Program-made: the position numbers and the translations under genes | Part shown: piece after piece, positions 10,189 through 20,364 of the stretch | Layout: each line of letters starts with the position of its first letter | Numbering within the stretch: the stretch's first letter is position 1 | Virus record (IMG/VR): IMGVR_UViG_3300021963_000042 | Coordinates: 64,001-126,843 of that record | Direction: 5' to 3' (one strand) | Origin: a virus | Taxonomy: Duplodnaviria; Heunggongvirae; Uroviricota; Caudoviricetes | Length of the DNA stretch: 62,843 bases | The notes under the pieces: model-generated | The model's database searches: none | Seen by the model: only the letters and a program-made list of their open reading frames with translations | Told to the model about the DNA's origin: nothing

Positions 10189-12030
10189 TTAGAAATTGAT
10201 TGGGGTGCCGACGTATTGTTCTCCGAACCAACCTGCCTCGGCATATGGGTTTATAAGCATAAAACCACCAGTATCCTGCATAGTTGCGAAATCAACAGTG
10301 CTGTCCATATATTTAGTCAATGTATAGGCAGGTTGATCCGTAATAACTGAGGTATCGTCTAGTCGTTTAGTGATATCAAATTTAGAAATAACATCCGATG
10401 GTGCTGGGAAGTCTTCCAGATATTTACCAAACCCTTTAGTGGAAATGGCGTCAGTTGGGGTAGTGCTCTCTGTATCTAGAGTAGTACCATCGTATAATGT
10501 ATGATTGTAGGCTAAAACCTTACTGAAAGTTTTATCCGTAATAGAATCAGTTGGAGTGCTGATAGAATCAGTCAAACTCTTACCGAAACCTAGAGTGCTA
10601 ATAGCGTCTGTCGCATATCCAATATCCTCAAACCCTTTAGTTAAGTATATGTATGGAATGCCGTGGCCAATAGTCACTGAGTCTTTAGCGCTTAGAGCCA
10701 TAATCTTGATCATAGATTCTAGCTCAATTGAGATGTCAAATTCGTTTCTGACGTCATATTCACCGAACACAGCCATACCAGCTGGGTGAACCAATGCTTT
10801 AACTACAGACTTATAAGTGTCTAGACGTTCATCGATTTTAATGACGTAAGAATACGCTTGATAATAACGGCTATCTTGAATGAAAATAGCGTCGTTCAAG
10901 AAACCATCGTTGTTAACGTAATATCCTGGATACTTACCGAGAGGTCCAAGAGCTACTCTAATAACAGCTGGGTCATATGGGCTGCTGAATCCTGCTACGT
11001 CTCCGCCGAACTCACGAACAACCTCACCAGCATATGTACCATCAATAGCAGTACCAACAGCATAGTCAGCTTTGTTGATATAACCACTTTCTTGGAAACC
11101 ATCAGTAGATTCTGTTATGTTTACATTGGTTCCAATAATAGAAAGGGAAGACCCACCAGTTCCTGCAGCATCTTGACCAAGATCCGCATAGATTGTTGAA
11201 GTGAAGTCTGTTGTATATCCAACGCCAAACTTAATAAACTCGGCTGCAAGAATACCACCAGTTGTATTAACTCGGGTAACCTTCATAATAGAACCAGTAC
11301 CCTTACCGTTTCTAATATTGTAAAGCTGACCAACCTTAAAGCCAGTTCCTGGCTGTTGCACTTCTAATTTTGCTGTCGTAGCTTGGATCTCAGCTGTAAA
11401 GTAAACACCAGCAGCATCATTTTTATAACGCATCTTATCGCCGATGTTGATATTACCGAAGAATCTGCGATCGATGTAAAATTCATAAATGTCGTCTGCG
11501 ATTTGAACGACACGTTCTACTTCAATTTCAATGTACTGACGACGATCGATAAGAACTCGAATAACCTTCGTTGGAGTTACGATGTCAACCATCTTACCAA
11601 CGATTTGATCTGGGTGTCCAGCAGTTACTTTAGCTAAAACAGAAACGTCTTGATTCCACTTTCCGTCCGACGCACGCAACATCTGTTTGCCTGGATAATC
11701 AATCGAAACGTCTTTATTAAAAAGTAATCTAAACAATAACTTGAACGATGGCTCAGAACCCTTAGCCAAATATTGATCTTTGATATGTTGCAGCAAAAAT
11801 CTTTCATTATTAAAGACGTGCGGCATATTAACTGCAAATTCATTCTTAAAGTGTTTAATGAATGAATCTAATGTCGTGTCCAGATCTCTGACTGTTTTCA
11901 GATCTGGGTTGTTCTGTTCCAAATAAGCATAATATGCTTGAAGGAATGCAACGAATGTTGGGTAATCTTCCCTAACGAACTCAGGTAACTGAGAAGCTAC
12001 TAGGGAAGATACACTTGGTTTGGTGATCAT
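10189..12030 (-). CDS. gp7: Baseplate wedge initiator gp7-like
   Basis: SQLPEFVREDYPTFVAFLQAYY, IQDSRYYQAYSYVIK, LVHPAG motifs; adjacent to gp6. Confidence 0.75.
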   Translation of the reverse strand: MITKPSVSSLVASQLPEFVREDYPTFVAFLQAYYAYLEQNNPDLKTVRDLDTTLDSFIKHFKNEFAVNMPHVFNNERFLLQHIKDQYLAKGSEPSFKLLFRLLFNKDVSIDYPGKQMLRASDGKWNQDVSVLAKVTAGHPDQIVGKMVDIVTPTKVIRVLIDRRQYIEIEVERVVQIADDIYEFYIDRRFFGNINIGDKMRYKNDAAGVYFTAEIQATTAKLEVQQPGTGFKVGQLYNIRNGKGTGSIMKVTRVNTTGGILAAEFIKFGVGYTTDFTSTIYADLGQDAAGTGGSSLSIIGTNVNITESTDGFQESGYINKADYAVGTAIDGTYAGEVVREFGGDVAGFSSPYDPAVIRVALGPLGKYPGYYVNNDGFLNDAIFIQDSRYYQAYSYVIKIDERLDTYKSVVKALVHPAGMAVFGEYDVRNEFDISIELESMIKIMALSAKDSVTIGHGIPYIYLTKGFEDIGYATDAISTLGFGKSLTDSISTPTDSITDKTFSKVLAYNHTLYDGTTLDTESTTPTDAISTKGFGKYLEDFPAPSDVISKFDITKRLDDTSVITDQPAYTLTKYMDSTVDFATMQDTGGFMLINPYAEAGWFGEQYVGTPINF

Positions 12031-13853
12031 GATTGACTAGCAGTAAATACGTAATTATATCCAGCACGCAAATCGCCATTAGCAGATTTATCTGGGATTG
12101 CTGTAACAGTTAAATGGTCTTCTGCAATTTGTGCGATTTGATGTAAAGCAGAAACAACATCGTTTGATTGCGGCTTAATAGAAATCTCAAAGTCCACGTC
12201 GGCTAATGCAGTGATATGGAGGTTTCTAATATCTAGGATACCCTTAGCGTGGTCTATTGTTCCGATCGCATCATTAACAATAATCTTGGTAGCATTGTCT
12301 CCGTATCTAAACAATCTTAAATTTGTTTGATAATCATCAAGATAATGTAATTCGTTACTGCCGTAAATATAAAAACCAGTAGTACTTACTGATCCACCAG
12401 CAATATCAGAATAGAAAATTGGGTTAATGATACTTAACAAATATTGAGCAGAAACATTATAACGAGGTACTAACTTTCTGCGAAGAGAAACTGTAGTGAT
12501 GTTATTAATAATACCTTGCTCAGCTGTATCAACGATTTTAGATAATTTAGAGAATCTGAACATACCATCAAATCTCTGCAACTCGTTATCATTATAATCT
12601 AAAATTGCTTCTCTAACTAAAGTTGCAATCTCTGGAGCAGTTCGTGTAGTTTCACGTTCATTATAATAAACAGTTACACCCAAAGCAATATTGATATATT
12701 CTGGATCAACAATTTCTGGCGTAATAGAAACCACACTTTTACTAGCAAGAATCGTTGAAATGATATTAGACTTTTGCTGGTTCGTTAATTTAGTTGCGTC
12801 TGATGGTTTAACACAAATAAAGGTTTTACCGTAACTTGGTGGAACATTATCTTCACCACCCCAGACGTTAATTGTTTTAGCTTCTGGTAATGCTGCATAA
12901 ATGATTGCTTTATAATCATCTGGAGTTACAGCACGATTCTGTGCCGTATAATTTCGTGGAGCATTAAAACGAACACTCTCAATATCTTCTGCAGCTCCAC
13001 CACCTGTGGCTGCGGTAACTGTGGAAACAGAAACTGTCGAACTACCAATAATAGTTCCACCAGTATAATTAAAGAATTTAGCTCCGTTCGGTGCAGATAA
13101 ACTCGATACCATATATTGGATGTTGATAACATTACCAACATCAAGAGCAGCGCCAATAACACCATCGCCGAAAGTCAACTCGTAATAACCATTCTCAACT
13201 TCTTTAATAAAGAATACATTTGTAGTTGAATTTGCAGTAGTTATATCTGTCGAGCGAGTAAATGTTACAAAGTTAGAAGACGTAGCGCTTTCTTGTACTT
13301 TAACCTTTAGTGTGCTGAGGTCGACATTAGGGTTTTGAATTATGTATCTTGAGCCTGGAGCAACAACATATCTGAAGGACATTGGTGTGCCTTCAATAAT
13401 TTTAACATTACTGAACGTATATTGAGAACCAGCACCACTGATAGTATAAGACTCAGTTGTTTGGAAAGTATAAACTTCTCCATCAATGTTTGTACTAAAT
13501 GTTGAATATGCAGGAAGAGTTACGCTGCTTGGACCGATACCAATAGTAGATAGTGTTAAGTTAATAACAGCCTTTGCACATGACGCTGAACGAGGTACAT
13601 ATCCAAGCATTTTAGCAATGGAAACCACGCTATCTCGTTTGCTTGCAGAATCAAGAAACATCTCATTGATTGCCAAGTTATTATACAAAGCATTGTAATG
13701 AGTATTATATGCTAAAACATCTAACAAGATCGCCAAGCCAGAACCTTCAAAATCGTAATCTTGAAATTCGTCTTGTCCTTGTAAAAATGCTTTTAAATTT
13801 GCTTTGATGTTATCAAAGTCTAATTCTGTTACATTGATTTTTCTGTTTGCCAT
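12027..13853 (-). CDS. gp6: Baseplate wedge subunit gp6
   Basis: ELDFDNIKANLKAFL..Q.EF.DYDFEGSGLAILLDVLAYNTHY; QNRAVT.DDY. Confidence 0.92.
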   Translation of the reverse strand: MANRKINVTELDFDNIKANLKAFLQGQDEFQDYDFEGSGLAILLDVLAYNTHYNALYNNLAINEMFLDSASKRDSVVSIAKMLGYVPRSASCAKAVINLTLSTIGIGPSSVTLPAYSTFSTNIDGEVYTFQTTESYTISGAGSQYTFSNVKIIEGTPMSFRYVVAPGSRYIIQNPNVDLSTLKVKVQESATSSNFVTFTRSTDITTANSTTNVFFIKEVENGYYELTFGDGVIGAALDVGNVINIQYMVSSLSAPNGAKFFNYTGGTIIGSSTVSVSTVTAATGGGAAEDIESVRFNAPRNYTAQNRAVTPDDYKAIIYAALPEAKTINVWGGEDNVPPSYGKTFICVKPSDATKLTNQQKSNIISTILASKSVVSITPEIVDPEYINIALGVTVYYNERETTRTAPEIATLVREAILDYNDNELQRFDGMFRFSKLSKIVDTAEQGIINNITTVSLRRKLVPRYNVSAQYLLSIINPIFYSDIAGGSVSTTGFYIYGSNELHYLDDYQTNLRLFRYGDNATKIIVNDAIGTIDHAKGILDIRNLHITALADVDFEISIKPQSNDVVSALHQIAQIAEDHLTVTAIPDKSANGDLRAGYNYVFTASQS

Positions 13854-14245
13854 TATCGTGATCTCTTAAGAATTAAGTCTAGAGTTAAAGGTCTTTCCGT
13901 ATTGACTATCATAAACTCTATTGTGCAATTGAAAGCATTTGCGTCTGAATCGTCAGTAACACTAACATTTACTAATTGGACACGAGGTTCAAAATTATTA
14001 ATGGCGTCAGTAATCGCTCTCTCAATTAATCGGGAAGTCATTGGAGTAGCTAGATCAAACAATAAACGTCTGATAGGTGTACCAATTTCGCTATGAAATG
14101 GTCTTTCATAGTTGCTTGTTAGAATTAGATTCTTCAATGCGCTTTTAATCGCATTTTCATCGTATCTACGTGATACGTCCCCACTCACTGGGTGAGCAGT
14201 GAAGTTTAAATCTAAATCAGAGAATGTTCTTGTATTGCGTGCCAT
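13853..14245 (-). CDS. gp25: Baseplate wedge subunit gp25
   Basis: FSDLDLNF..HPVSGD...AIKSALKNLILT...ERPF.SEIG...FEPRV; start trimmed to ATG 14245. Confidence 0.9.
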   Translation of the reverse strand: MARNTRTFSDLDLNFTAHPVSGDVSRRYDENAIKSALKNLILTSNYERPFHSEIGTPIRRLLFDLATPMTSRLIERAITDAINNFEPRVQLVNVSVTDDSDANAFNCTIEFMIVNTERPLTLDLILKRSR

Positions 14246-14250
14246 TGTAT

Positions 14251-14257
14251 TATTTAT
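14251..14257 (-). promoter_or_regulatory. T4-type late promoter (ATAAATA)
   Basis: ATAAATA just upstream of gp25 start. Confidence 0.5.
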
Positions 14258-14556
14258 TAACCTGCAAATGAGTCTGTAGAACCTTGACCACATTTATCAC
14301 CATCGGCGATAGGATCATTCGTTCTTGCAACAGCTTTACCTTCGAAAAACATAGTCGAAGATCCAGAAGTTATTTGTCTTTGAGCGAGTTGGTGAGTCTG
14401 TCTACCAACAGTATGGGCTTCATGCTGATCTCCAACCAGAGCAACTAACTGTCCATTGAAGTAACTTTTAGTCGCTTGATTTAAAGCAGTCAGAGCAGTA
14501 GGTGCGCCACCATCTGCTCCAGCCGAAACGTCGCCTTTTCGATATATGTTTCCCAT
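14257..14556 (-). CDS. PAAR-repeat spike tip protein (gp5.4-like)
   Basis: MGNIYRKGDVSAG...GQLVALVGD..EAH...GSSTMFFEGKAVARTNDPIADGD; directly downstream of gp5. Confidence 0.85.
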   Translation of the reverse strand: MGNIYRKGDVSAGADGGAPTALTALNQATKSYFNGQLVALVGDQHEAHTVGRQTHQLAQRQITSGSSTMFFEGKAVARTNDPIADGDKCGQGSTDSFAG

Positions 14557-14557
14557 A

Positions 14558-17359
14558 TTATGTCTTAGCTGGTCTCCAGATACCCACGATTTTACCTTGA
14601 GCAGCAGTCCAACCACTTGGCCAGCTGATCGAAACATCACCATCGTCTGGGTTGTTGGTTTTTGCCTTTGGAGTTTGGTTACCACCAACGAAAGTTAATC
14701 TACCTTTGTCAGCAGTATAAACAAAGTTTACGTGACCATAATCCCAAAGAACGATATCTCCTGGCTCAGCCTGAGCGATTGGAACTTGTGTTGCTCCAAA
14801 TTTAGCAGTTTTATCTTGGATATCTCTAGCCCAACCTGTTTGGACATAACGATATCCACATTGTTTTAGACTCCAGTTAACGAAGCCCATACACCATGCG
14901 GTTTGGTCAGTCTCCCATACTTTACCTTTAAACCCAAGGTCTGCCCAAATACGTGTGATGTTTGGATTGCTTGGAGCACCCTTCTGACCAGTTTCTCTCC
15001 AGAAACCAGTTTCCGCAAGTTTAAGTTGTTTTTGCAAGAACTGGAATAGATCTGATGGGTTGCTTCCAGAAATCAAACTCTGACCAGAACCATCGCTCTT
15101 TGGTGTTCCTGCATAGTTTTCTTTCACGCCACCCTCAGCTGCAGCAGGATTTTTATACTTACTTGGGTTAGCGATGTAATCTTCAACGAGAGCTTCGTTT
15201 TCATCAGCTACCGCAAAATTTTCACTAACTGGTGGAGATGGGCGAACTGGAGCCAATAATGGAGTTGGGAATTGATCCTCTCTACCGCTCTGGAAGTCTG
15301 GAGCCTGAAGATTAGTTTCAACTGCTGGAGCAGAACTGGCTGCGCCTTCTTGACCACGGAACTCTGCGCCATCGACATTAAGATTCCCAGAAGCAGCAAG
15401 ATGCATATCACCATCAGCACCTAAGAATAACTCAGCGCCAGATTTAATGCTTGCTTCTGTTCCAGACTGCACAGCAAATTTATCTCCAGCAGAAAGATTA
15501 AATGCGCCACCTGCTTGGACATTGATGTCGCCACCGACAGCAAGATTTAAGTCACCACCAACACCGATATCTGCGTTATTGTTTAGATTGATAGTTGCAG
15601 CGCCATCAACTTGAATGTCTGCAGTACCCTGCACATAAATGTTTATACCATTACCTACTGTTACGTTAGCTTTACCAGCGATAGAAATAGCACCATTTCT
15701 ATCGATAATTGTATATCCGTCGCCGATAATTTTATTTACCTGAGTGCCGTTAGCATCGATGTCAATAAAAGAACCTGTGCGATGATATAAACTTACATAT
15801 TCATTAGCTGGAGAATCATCGAGAATGAACAAATGTCCAGACTCAGACTCGAATACTTTAACGTATGGATAAACGCCACCGAATGGTGCTAGTGGTTGCT
15901 CCCAAGAATTAGCGCCATTGGCAGCTGCGATACCTTTAGAACGGATAGAGTCTTTAGATTCAATAGCAGTCTCTTTAATAACACCACGTGCTAAACGATT
16001 TGTATCTGGCTCGTCAACCAAATTTCTTAGTGGATATTTACCAGAAGGATCTCTAAACCCAAGAACTACAGAATCAGAACGATCTTCAGTTAACGCTGCT
16101 TGTTTGGCAGGAGGAAGACCTTTCACATCATCTTTTGTATATGTTGGTTGAACGTCTGCCTGTGGTTTGTTAGTTGATTCTACAGTAACAGCCGAACCGA
16201 GGAAATACTCATAGTATTTCTTTTTCTTTGGATAGCCAGTACCATTAGCATCAGCCCCTGTTCTTTTTAATGCTGCCATAAAATAACCAGGATCGTTCTG
16301 GTCATGTTTAACATATAAAGCGTAGAAAGCAGCAGTTGCAAGAGCAGCAACATCAGGATCGTCAACCAAAGATTTTGGATTGTTCAGAAAATCAACAGTA
16401 ATGTTGCGGTTTTTCTTTAGCCAGTCTTGCAGTGCTTTATATAATGCCTTACCTGTAATCTGGTTAAACCCACGACCAAAATACTTTGCACCATCATCTG
16501 GGTCTTTATGCCCAACTAAACGTCCGTTACCTTGTGGCGAATAAATTTTGCGGAAGAATTCTTCACGTGTTCCTTGCCATCTTACGTATGGTTCAGCTGA
16601 CTCAACTGTTGGGAATGTATATCCAAAGATAGACTTTAGAGATTCAGCTTTAGTGTAATAATAACCTTCTTCTAGTAGTTGCCATCCAGACTCACCACCG
16701 CAAATACCAAGAATCGCACACTTAGCATACTTGCTAGTCAAACCAACAGAGTCACACGCTTTAATTAGTGCTTTGATGTGTAACTCAGCTTTAGCTGGAT
16801 CTGATGTTGATTTTGGTGGTGGTGTAGTTGGTATTGATTGTTTCAGAACATCATCTGAAGGTTTATTTGGAACAGGTTGATCTGTTTGCTTAACAGGTGG
16901 TGCTTCTGAAGCACTCGGAGCTGTTGGAGGAGGATTCTTCATCGACTCGGCAGTACCAACTTGAATTGGGTTTCCAGAACCATCCTTAACAGGTTCACCA
17001 GTTGTGTCTGTTAGAATACCACCATTCGTTACAACGATTGCGCCTTCAGATTCATCTTTGACCAATTCAGCTGCTTTACTTTGAGGGATACCACCGATAG
17101 TACCCATCATTACAGGCTGCTGTTCATCCTGATCACGATAGAAAATAATAACCCATGTTCCAGGGACTGGTCCAACTGGTGTCCAACCGATACCATTCAT
17201 CGATGCTGAAGTAACAGGTTGCATTGGAACTGCCCAAGGCAAATCTTCTGTTGGGAGAACTGTTTTATTTTCTGTATGAAGACCAACTACTCTAACTTTA
17301 CAACGACCAAGTTTAAGTGGGTCGTTTCGGTCTTCAACTACACCTGTGTAAAATTCCAT
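14558..17359 (-). CDS. gp5: Baseplate hub/spike gp5 with GH19-like and C-terminal CHAP/NlpC-like cell-wall hydrolase domains
   Basis: N-terminal FYTGVVEDRNDPLKLGRCKVRVVGLH OB fold; central ESG...YFGRGFNQITGK (GH19-like); beta-helix repeats; C-terminal TAWCMGFVNW...GDIVLWDYGHVNFV...GGNQ. Confidence 0.9.
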   Translation of the reverse strand: MEFYTGVVEDRNDPLKLGRCKVRVVGLHTENKTVLPTEDLPWAVPMQPVTSASMNGIGWTPVGPVPGTWVIIFYRDQDEQQPVMMGTIGGIPQSKAAELVKDESEGAIVVTNGGILTDTTGEPVKDGSGNPIQVGTAESMKNPPPTAPSASEAPPVKQTDQPVPNKPSDDVLKQSIPTTPPPKSTSDPAKAELHIKALIKACDSVGLTSKYAKCAILGICGGESGWQLLEEGYYYTKAESLKSIFGYTFPTVESAEPYVRWQGTREEFFRKIYSPQGNGRLVGHKDPDDGAKYFGRGFNQITGKALYKALQDWLKKNRNITVDFLNNPKSLVDDPDVAALATAAFYALYVKHDQNDPGYFMAALKRTGADANGTGYPKKKKYYEYFLGSAVTVESTNKPQADVQPTYTKDDVKGLPPAKQAALTEDRSDSVVLGFRDPSGKYPLRNLVDEPDTNRLARGVIKETAIESKDSIRSKGIAAANGANSWEQPLAPFGGVYPYVKVFESESGHLFILDDSPANEYVSLYHRTGSFIDIDANGTQVNKIIGDGYTIIDRNGAISIAGKANVTVGNGINIYVQGTADIQVDGAATINLNNNADIGVGGDLNLAVGGDINVQAGGAFNLSAGDKFAVQSGTEASIKSGAELFLGADGDMHLAASGNLNVDGAEFRGQEGAASSAPAVETNLQAPDFQSGREDQFPTPLLAPVRPSPPVSENFAVADENEALVEDYIANPSKYKNPAAAEGGVKENYAGTPKSDGSGQSLISGSNPSDLFQFLQKQLKLAETGFWRETGQKGAPSNPNITRIWADLGFKGKVWETDQTAWCMGFVNWSLKQCGYRYVQTGWARDIQDKTAKFGATQVPIAQAEPGDIVLWDYGHVNFVYTADKGRLTFVGGNQTPKAKTNNPDDGDVSISWPSGWTAAQGKIVGIWRPAKT

Positions 17360-18633
17360 TACTTAACATCCTCATAATTAACATTTGTAGAGTCTCTAAC
17401 TAATTCCATAATGGAAACGTGTCTTTCTCTATCAATATAATGATTAATAGCTGCGATTAGGTAATCTCCGCTATATGTTTTATCTTGTGTATCCGTATCA
17501 CTTTTACTTATTGGTGAAATGCGTGGCATATTCAATTTTACCTTTTTACCAACAGTATAATCTAATCTACCTGGAACTGTAATTTCTAATCTTGTAGATT
17601 CAATCTGTTTGAATACTGACATTCTTTCTTGCATCATAGCAGCATTTGATGTGTCAGAATAACCATAAAAACTGTTATTCATTTTAGGCACAACATCTAT
17701 CTTTGTGTTGTAGCGATAAATTGTTTTCTTTGAAGCCAGAGGATACTTATTCAAATGATTTCGTTTATCATATGTTTTAAGTAGATCGAAATTTCTACTT
17801 CCAATTCTCTTGCCAGTATAATCAACATAATACTGCTTAGAACCAAACATACCACTTCTAACTCTTGACAAATAATCAAACGCTGTAGGTACAGTTATAG
17901 TTTCGATTCTCTGATAATCTTTTTGCAAATCTTTTACAGAGCCACCTGAACTTAACTCGTCACGAATATAATTGTCTTTGGTAAACTCTTGTAAAACATC
18001 CTGCTTAAAAAGAGATTCTAGTGAAACGAAATTATACCCCTCACGATTCTCAAAGAACAGGTATGTTGGAGATTTATTTTTATTGGTAGCAATCTCAACC
18101 AAATGATATAAATTCTTTATTGGTGACCAGAAGTTAGAAACATACTTTAAATTATTAGCAGTCTCTTCAACATTGATTGGTTTCTTAACTTGTAAACCCC
18201 AGTTAATATCTGTAAGAATAGTTTTGGCTATATCCGAAACTTTCCCAGCAAATGCTCTGCTGATGGCTTTGTTTATATCGATAATAGAATCTGTGGATGT
18301 AAAATGTAATTCATACGCAACAACTCTATCGCCCATCATATCTCTATTAGTCATTTTGAAGATATAAAAGGTGGCATTAATTTTAGAATTATCTAGAGAT
18401 GGTGTCGATAACTGTAGTTCTAAAGTTTCTTCTCCCACGAATGGAAACAAGTTAATTAAGTCTAGCGATTCTCTCACAACCATTTTACCTGTTATGAATG
18501 GAGAGAACATATCCTCAAAAATTTGTATTGAGAGGACTTGTGCCGTTATGTCTTGATATAAACCATTCGCTGAGATGACATTAACTTTTTCAATAGTTAT
18601 GTCACCCGCAAATCGTAATTTTTGCGTTTCCAT
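17359..18633 (-). CDS. Putative baseplate hub protein (gp27-like position)
   Basis: 424 aa between gp53 and gp5; IFEDMFSPFITG, YLFFENREGYNFVSLESL, SGDYLIAAINH. Confidence 0.6.
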   Translation of the reverse strand: METQKLRFAGDITIEKVNVISANGLYQDITAQVLSIQIFEDMFSPFITGKMVVRESLDLINLFPFVGEETLELQLSTPSLDNSKINATFYIFKMTNRDMMGDRVVAYELHFTSTDSIIDINKAISRAFAGKVSDIAKTILTDINWGLQVKKPINVEETANNLKYVSNFWSPIKNLYHLVEIATNKNKSPTYLFFENREGYNFVSLESLFKQDVLQEFTKDNYIRDELSSGGSVKDLQKDYQRIETITVPTAFDYLSRVRSGMFGSKQYYVDYTGKRIGSRNFDLLKTYDKRNHLNKYPLASKKTIYRYNTKIDVVPKMNNSFYGYSDTSNAAMMQERMSVFKQIESTRLEITVPGRLDYTVGKKVKLNMPRISPISKSDTDTQDKTYSGDYLIAAINHYIDRERHVSIMELVRDSTNVNYEDVK

Positions 18634-18635
18634 TA

Positions 18636-19124
18636 TTAAATTAGATCTTTAAAGTTTTTCAGAATAGCCGAAATAATGGCAGGTGATACTATCTTAATTC
18701 TTCTCTTGCTTTCATTAACACTATCTTCATACATACGATTAGATATCGGTGTCGCTAAAGGATAATCAGAATTTACAACAAGACCATTCTCATTTTCATA
18801 ATGATGAATTGCATCTGGGTTTGTATATTTTTCTTCGATGTAAGAATTTAGTTGAGTTGATGTTAGTGGGAAATCATTTCTGTAATCGAATCTTTCGTTA
18901 CACAACATAATTATCCAGTGATACTCAGCATTACCATAAAACTTTTCTGCTATAATTTCTGGAGTATCACCTTCCTCAACATCATAATAATCATATGTTG
19001 TGATATTTGCAAGAACATCTCTGCGGAAACGAACATTTCGTGTAATGTCCGTAACGATCTTAACTTCTCGCTTGCCTTTAATTTCAAAGTCGTATAAAAA
19101 ATTGTTGAAATCTTTGAAATACAT
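18636..19124 (-). CDS. gp53: Baseplate wedge subunit gp53
   Basis: YFKDF...YDVEEGDTPEIIAEKFYGNAEYHWIIMLCN (LysM-like), HHYE, NESKRRIKI. Confidence 0.9.
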   Translation of the reverse strand: MYFKDFNNFLYDFEIKGKREVKIVTDITRNVRFRRDVLANITTYDYYDVEEGDTPEIIAEKFYGNAEYHWIIMLCNERFDYRNDFPLTSTQLNSYIEEKYTNPDAIHHYENENGLVVNSDYPLATPISNRMYEDSVNESKRRIKIVSPAIISAILKNFKDLI

Positions 19125-20320
19125 TATAGACCCTCTGCAATAAGTTCTTTGGTAATAATACCGAGTTCTTTGAAACTCAATGTTATATTAATTTGCGTCG
19201 GCATACCATTAGCGAATGTATTAAAGTTACCGTTCGGTGTGTAGTTAACATTCATCTCAGTTAATACACAGGATGTGTGGCGATTAATATATTTGTTTTC
19301 TGAATCGCCAGTGAAGTATGTGATATCAAATTCAGAAGGATAGATAAACAGATAACCAGTGGCATCTTTATATTCTGGATGCATGTGATACTTAAACTCA
19401 TAAATGATGTTCATTACATTTTGAGCCTCTGTTTCATTTCTTGGGAAGAACTGATATTCGAACTGGAATGTTCTAAAATCCACGTTCTTGAATACTTGTT
19501 CTTTCTTTGGGTTTGGTGCAAGACCAGTTACAGCTGAAACTGCGTTACCTCCAGGCACTTTACTCATCGCCACGTTTGCAGTTACAGTCGCAGCTGGTCC
19601 TGAAGCAAGTTCTTTACCAGCAGCTACTGGTCCACCGCCAGGAGACATAGATTTGCTACCAGCACTTCCAACAGCCTTAACGATATCTTCAGCTGCTTGG
19701 AATCCCAATGTTTCTTCAGCGTCCCAAGAAGCAGAATAACGAGTGCTTAATTGGTTTGGAATGTGTAGAGCAATCGCAGACTTTAGACGCTTCTGTGCAC
19801 GTGTAGCACTAGCAGCTTGGCTAGCAACTGAACCAGTTAAAATGGCCATACCACCAGCAGCTTTACCTGCATCACCAAGAGCACCCTCATTAGAAGAACC
19901 ACCAACTTTAGAAACAATACCAGCGACTGTGCCAGCCCCAACCGACTGAGAAGCAACCATCCCAGTTTTCGTTCTATCTTTGGCTAGAAGTGGACCTCTT
20001 CTTCTCTCAGGAACGTCTTCAACGAAAAAATTCTTATTGTCTTTATTGTCTTTGGCTAACTTAGAATCTATGTTTACGTTGATGTAAAACATAACATAGT
20101 TGCTGCCATACTCTTTAGACATGATATCTGAGGGGTAGCTGAGAGACGTATAGGCGTACTGATCAACACCCCTAGATTTGGATATTTTTGCGGAATTATC
20201 CGCTTTTGATGGTTCTGCTTTCGGCTTTTGTTGTGGTGCTGCACCTTTAGTTGGTGTGTTTGATGGTCCAGCATCATAATTGCCTATCACATTACCTTGT
20301 TGGTCGTATTGAAGTGCCAT
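19124..20320 (-). CDS. gp48: Baseplate tail-tube cap gp48
   Basis: IALHIPNQL, NPKKEQVFKNVDFRTFQFEYQFFPRN, CVLTEMNVNYTPNG. Confidence 0.85.
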   Translation of the reverse strand: MALQYDQQGNVIGNYDAGPSNTPTKGAAPQQKPKAEPSKADNSAKISKSRGVDQYAYTSLSYPSDIMSKEYGSNYVMFYINVNIDSKLAKDNKDNKNFFVEDVPERRRGPLLAKDRTKTGMVASQSVGAGTVAGIVSKVGGSSNEGALGDAGKAAGGMAILTGSVASQAASATRAQKRLKSAIALHIPNQLSTRYSASWDAEETLGFQAAEDIVKAVGSAGSKSMSPGGGPVAAGKELASGPAATVTANVAMSKVPGGNAVSAVTGLAPNPKKEQVFKNVDFRTFQFEYQFFPRNETEAQNVMNIIYEFKYHMHPEYKDATGYLFIYPSEFDITYFTGDSENKYINRHTSCVLTEMNVNYTPNGNFNTFANGMPTQINITLSFKELGIITKELIAEGL

Positions 20321-20327
20321 ATCTTCT

Positions 20328-20362
20328 CTAAATAAGTTGTGGAGAGTCCCATCATTATTTAG
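20328..20362. promoter_or_regulatory. Pair of oppositely oriented late promoters (CTAAATA at 20328-34 on +, 20356-62 on -)
   Basis: Late-promoter-like heptamers in the 44-nt gap between divergent gp48 and gp4. Confidence 0.55.
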
Positions 20363-20364
20363 CC

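Noticed and set aside
14557-14688. N-terminal extension of the PAAR ORF
   Set aside because: It overlaps the gp5 3' end; the PAAR pattern begins at ATG 14556, right after the gp5 stop.
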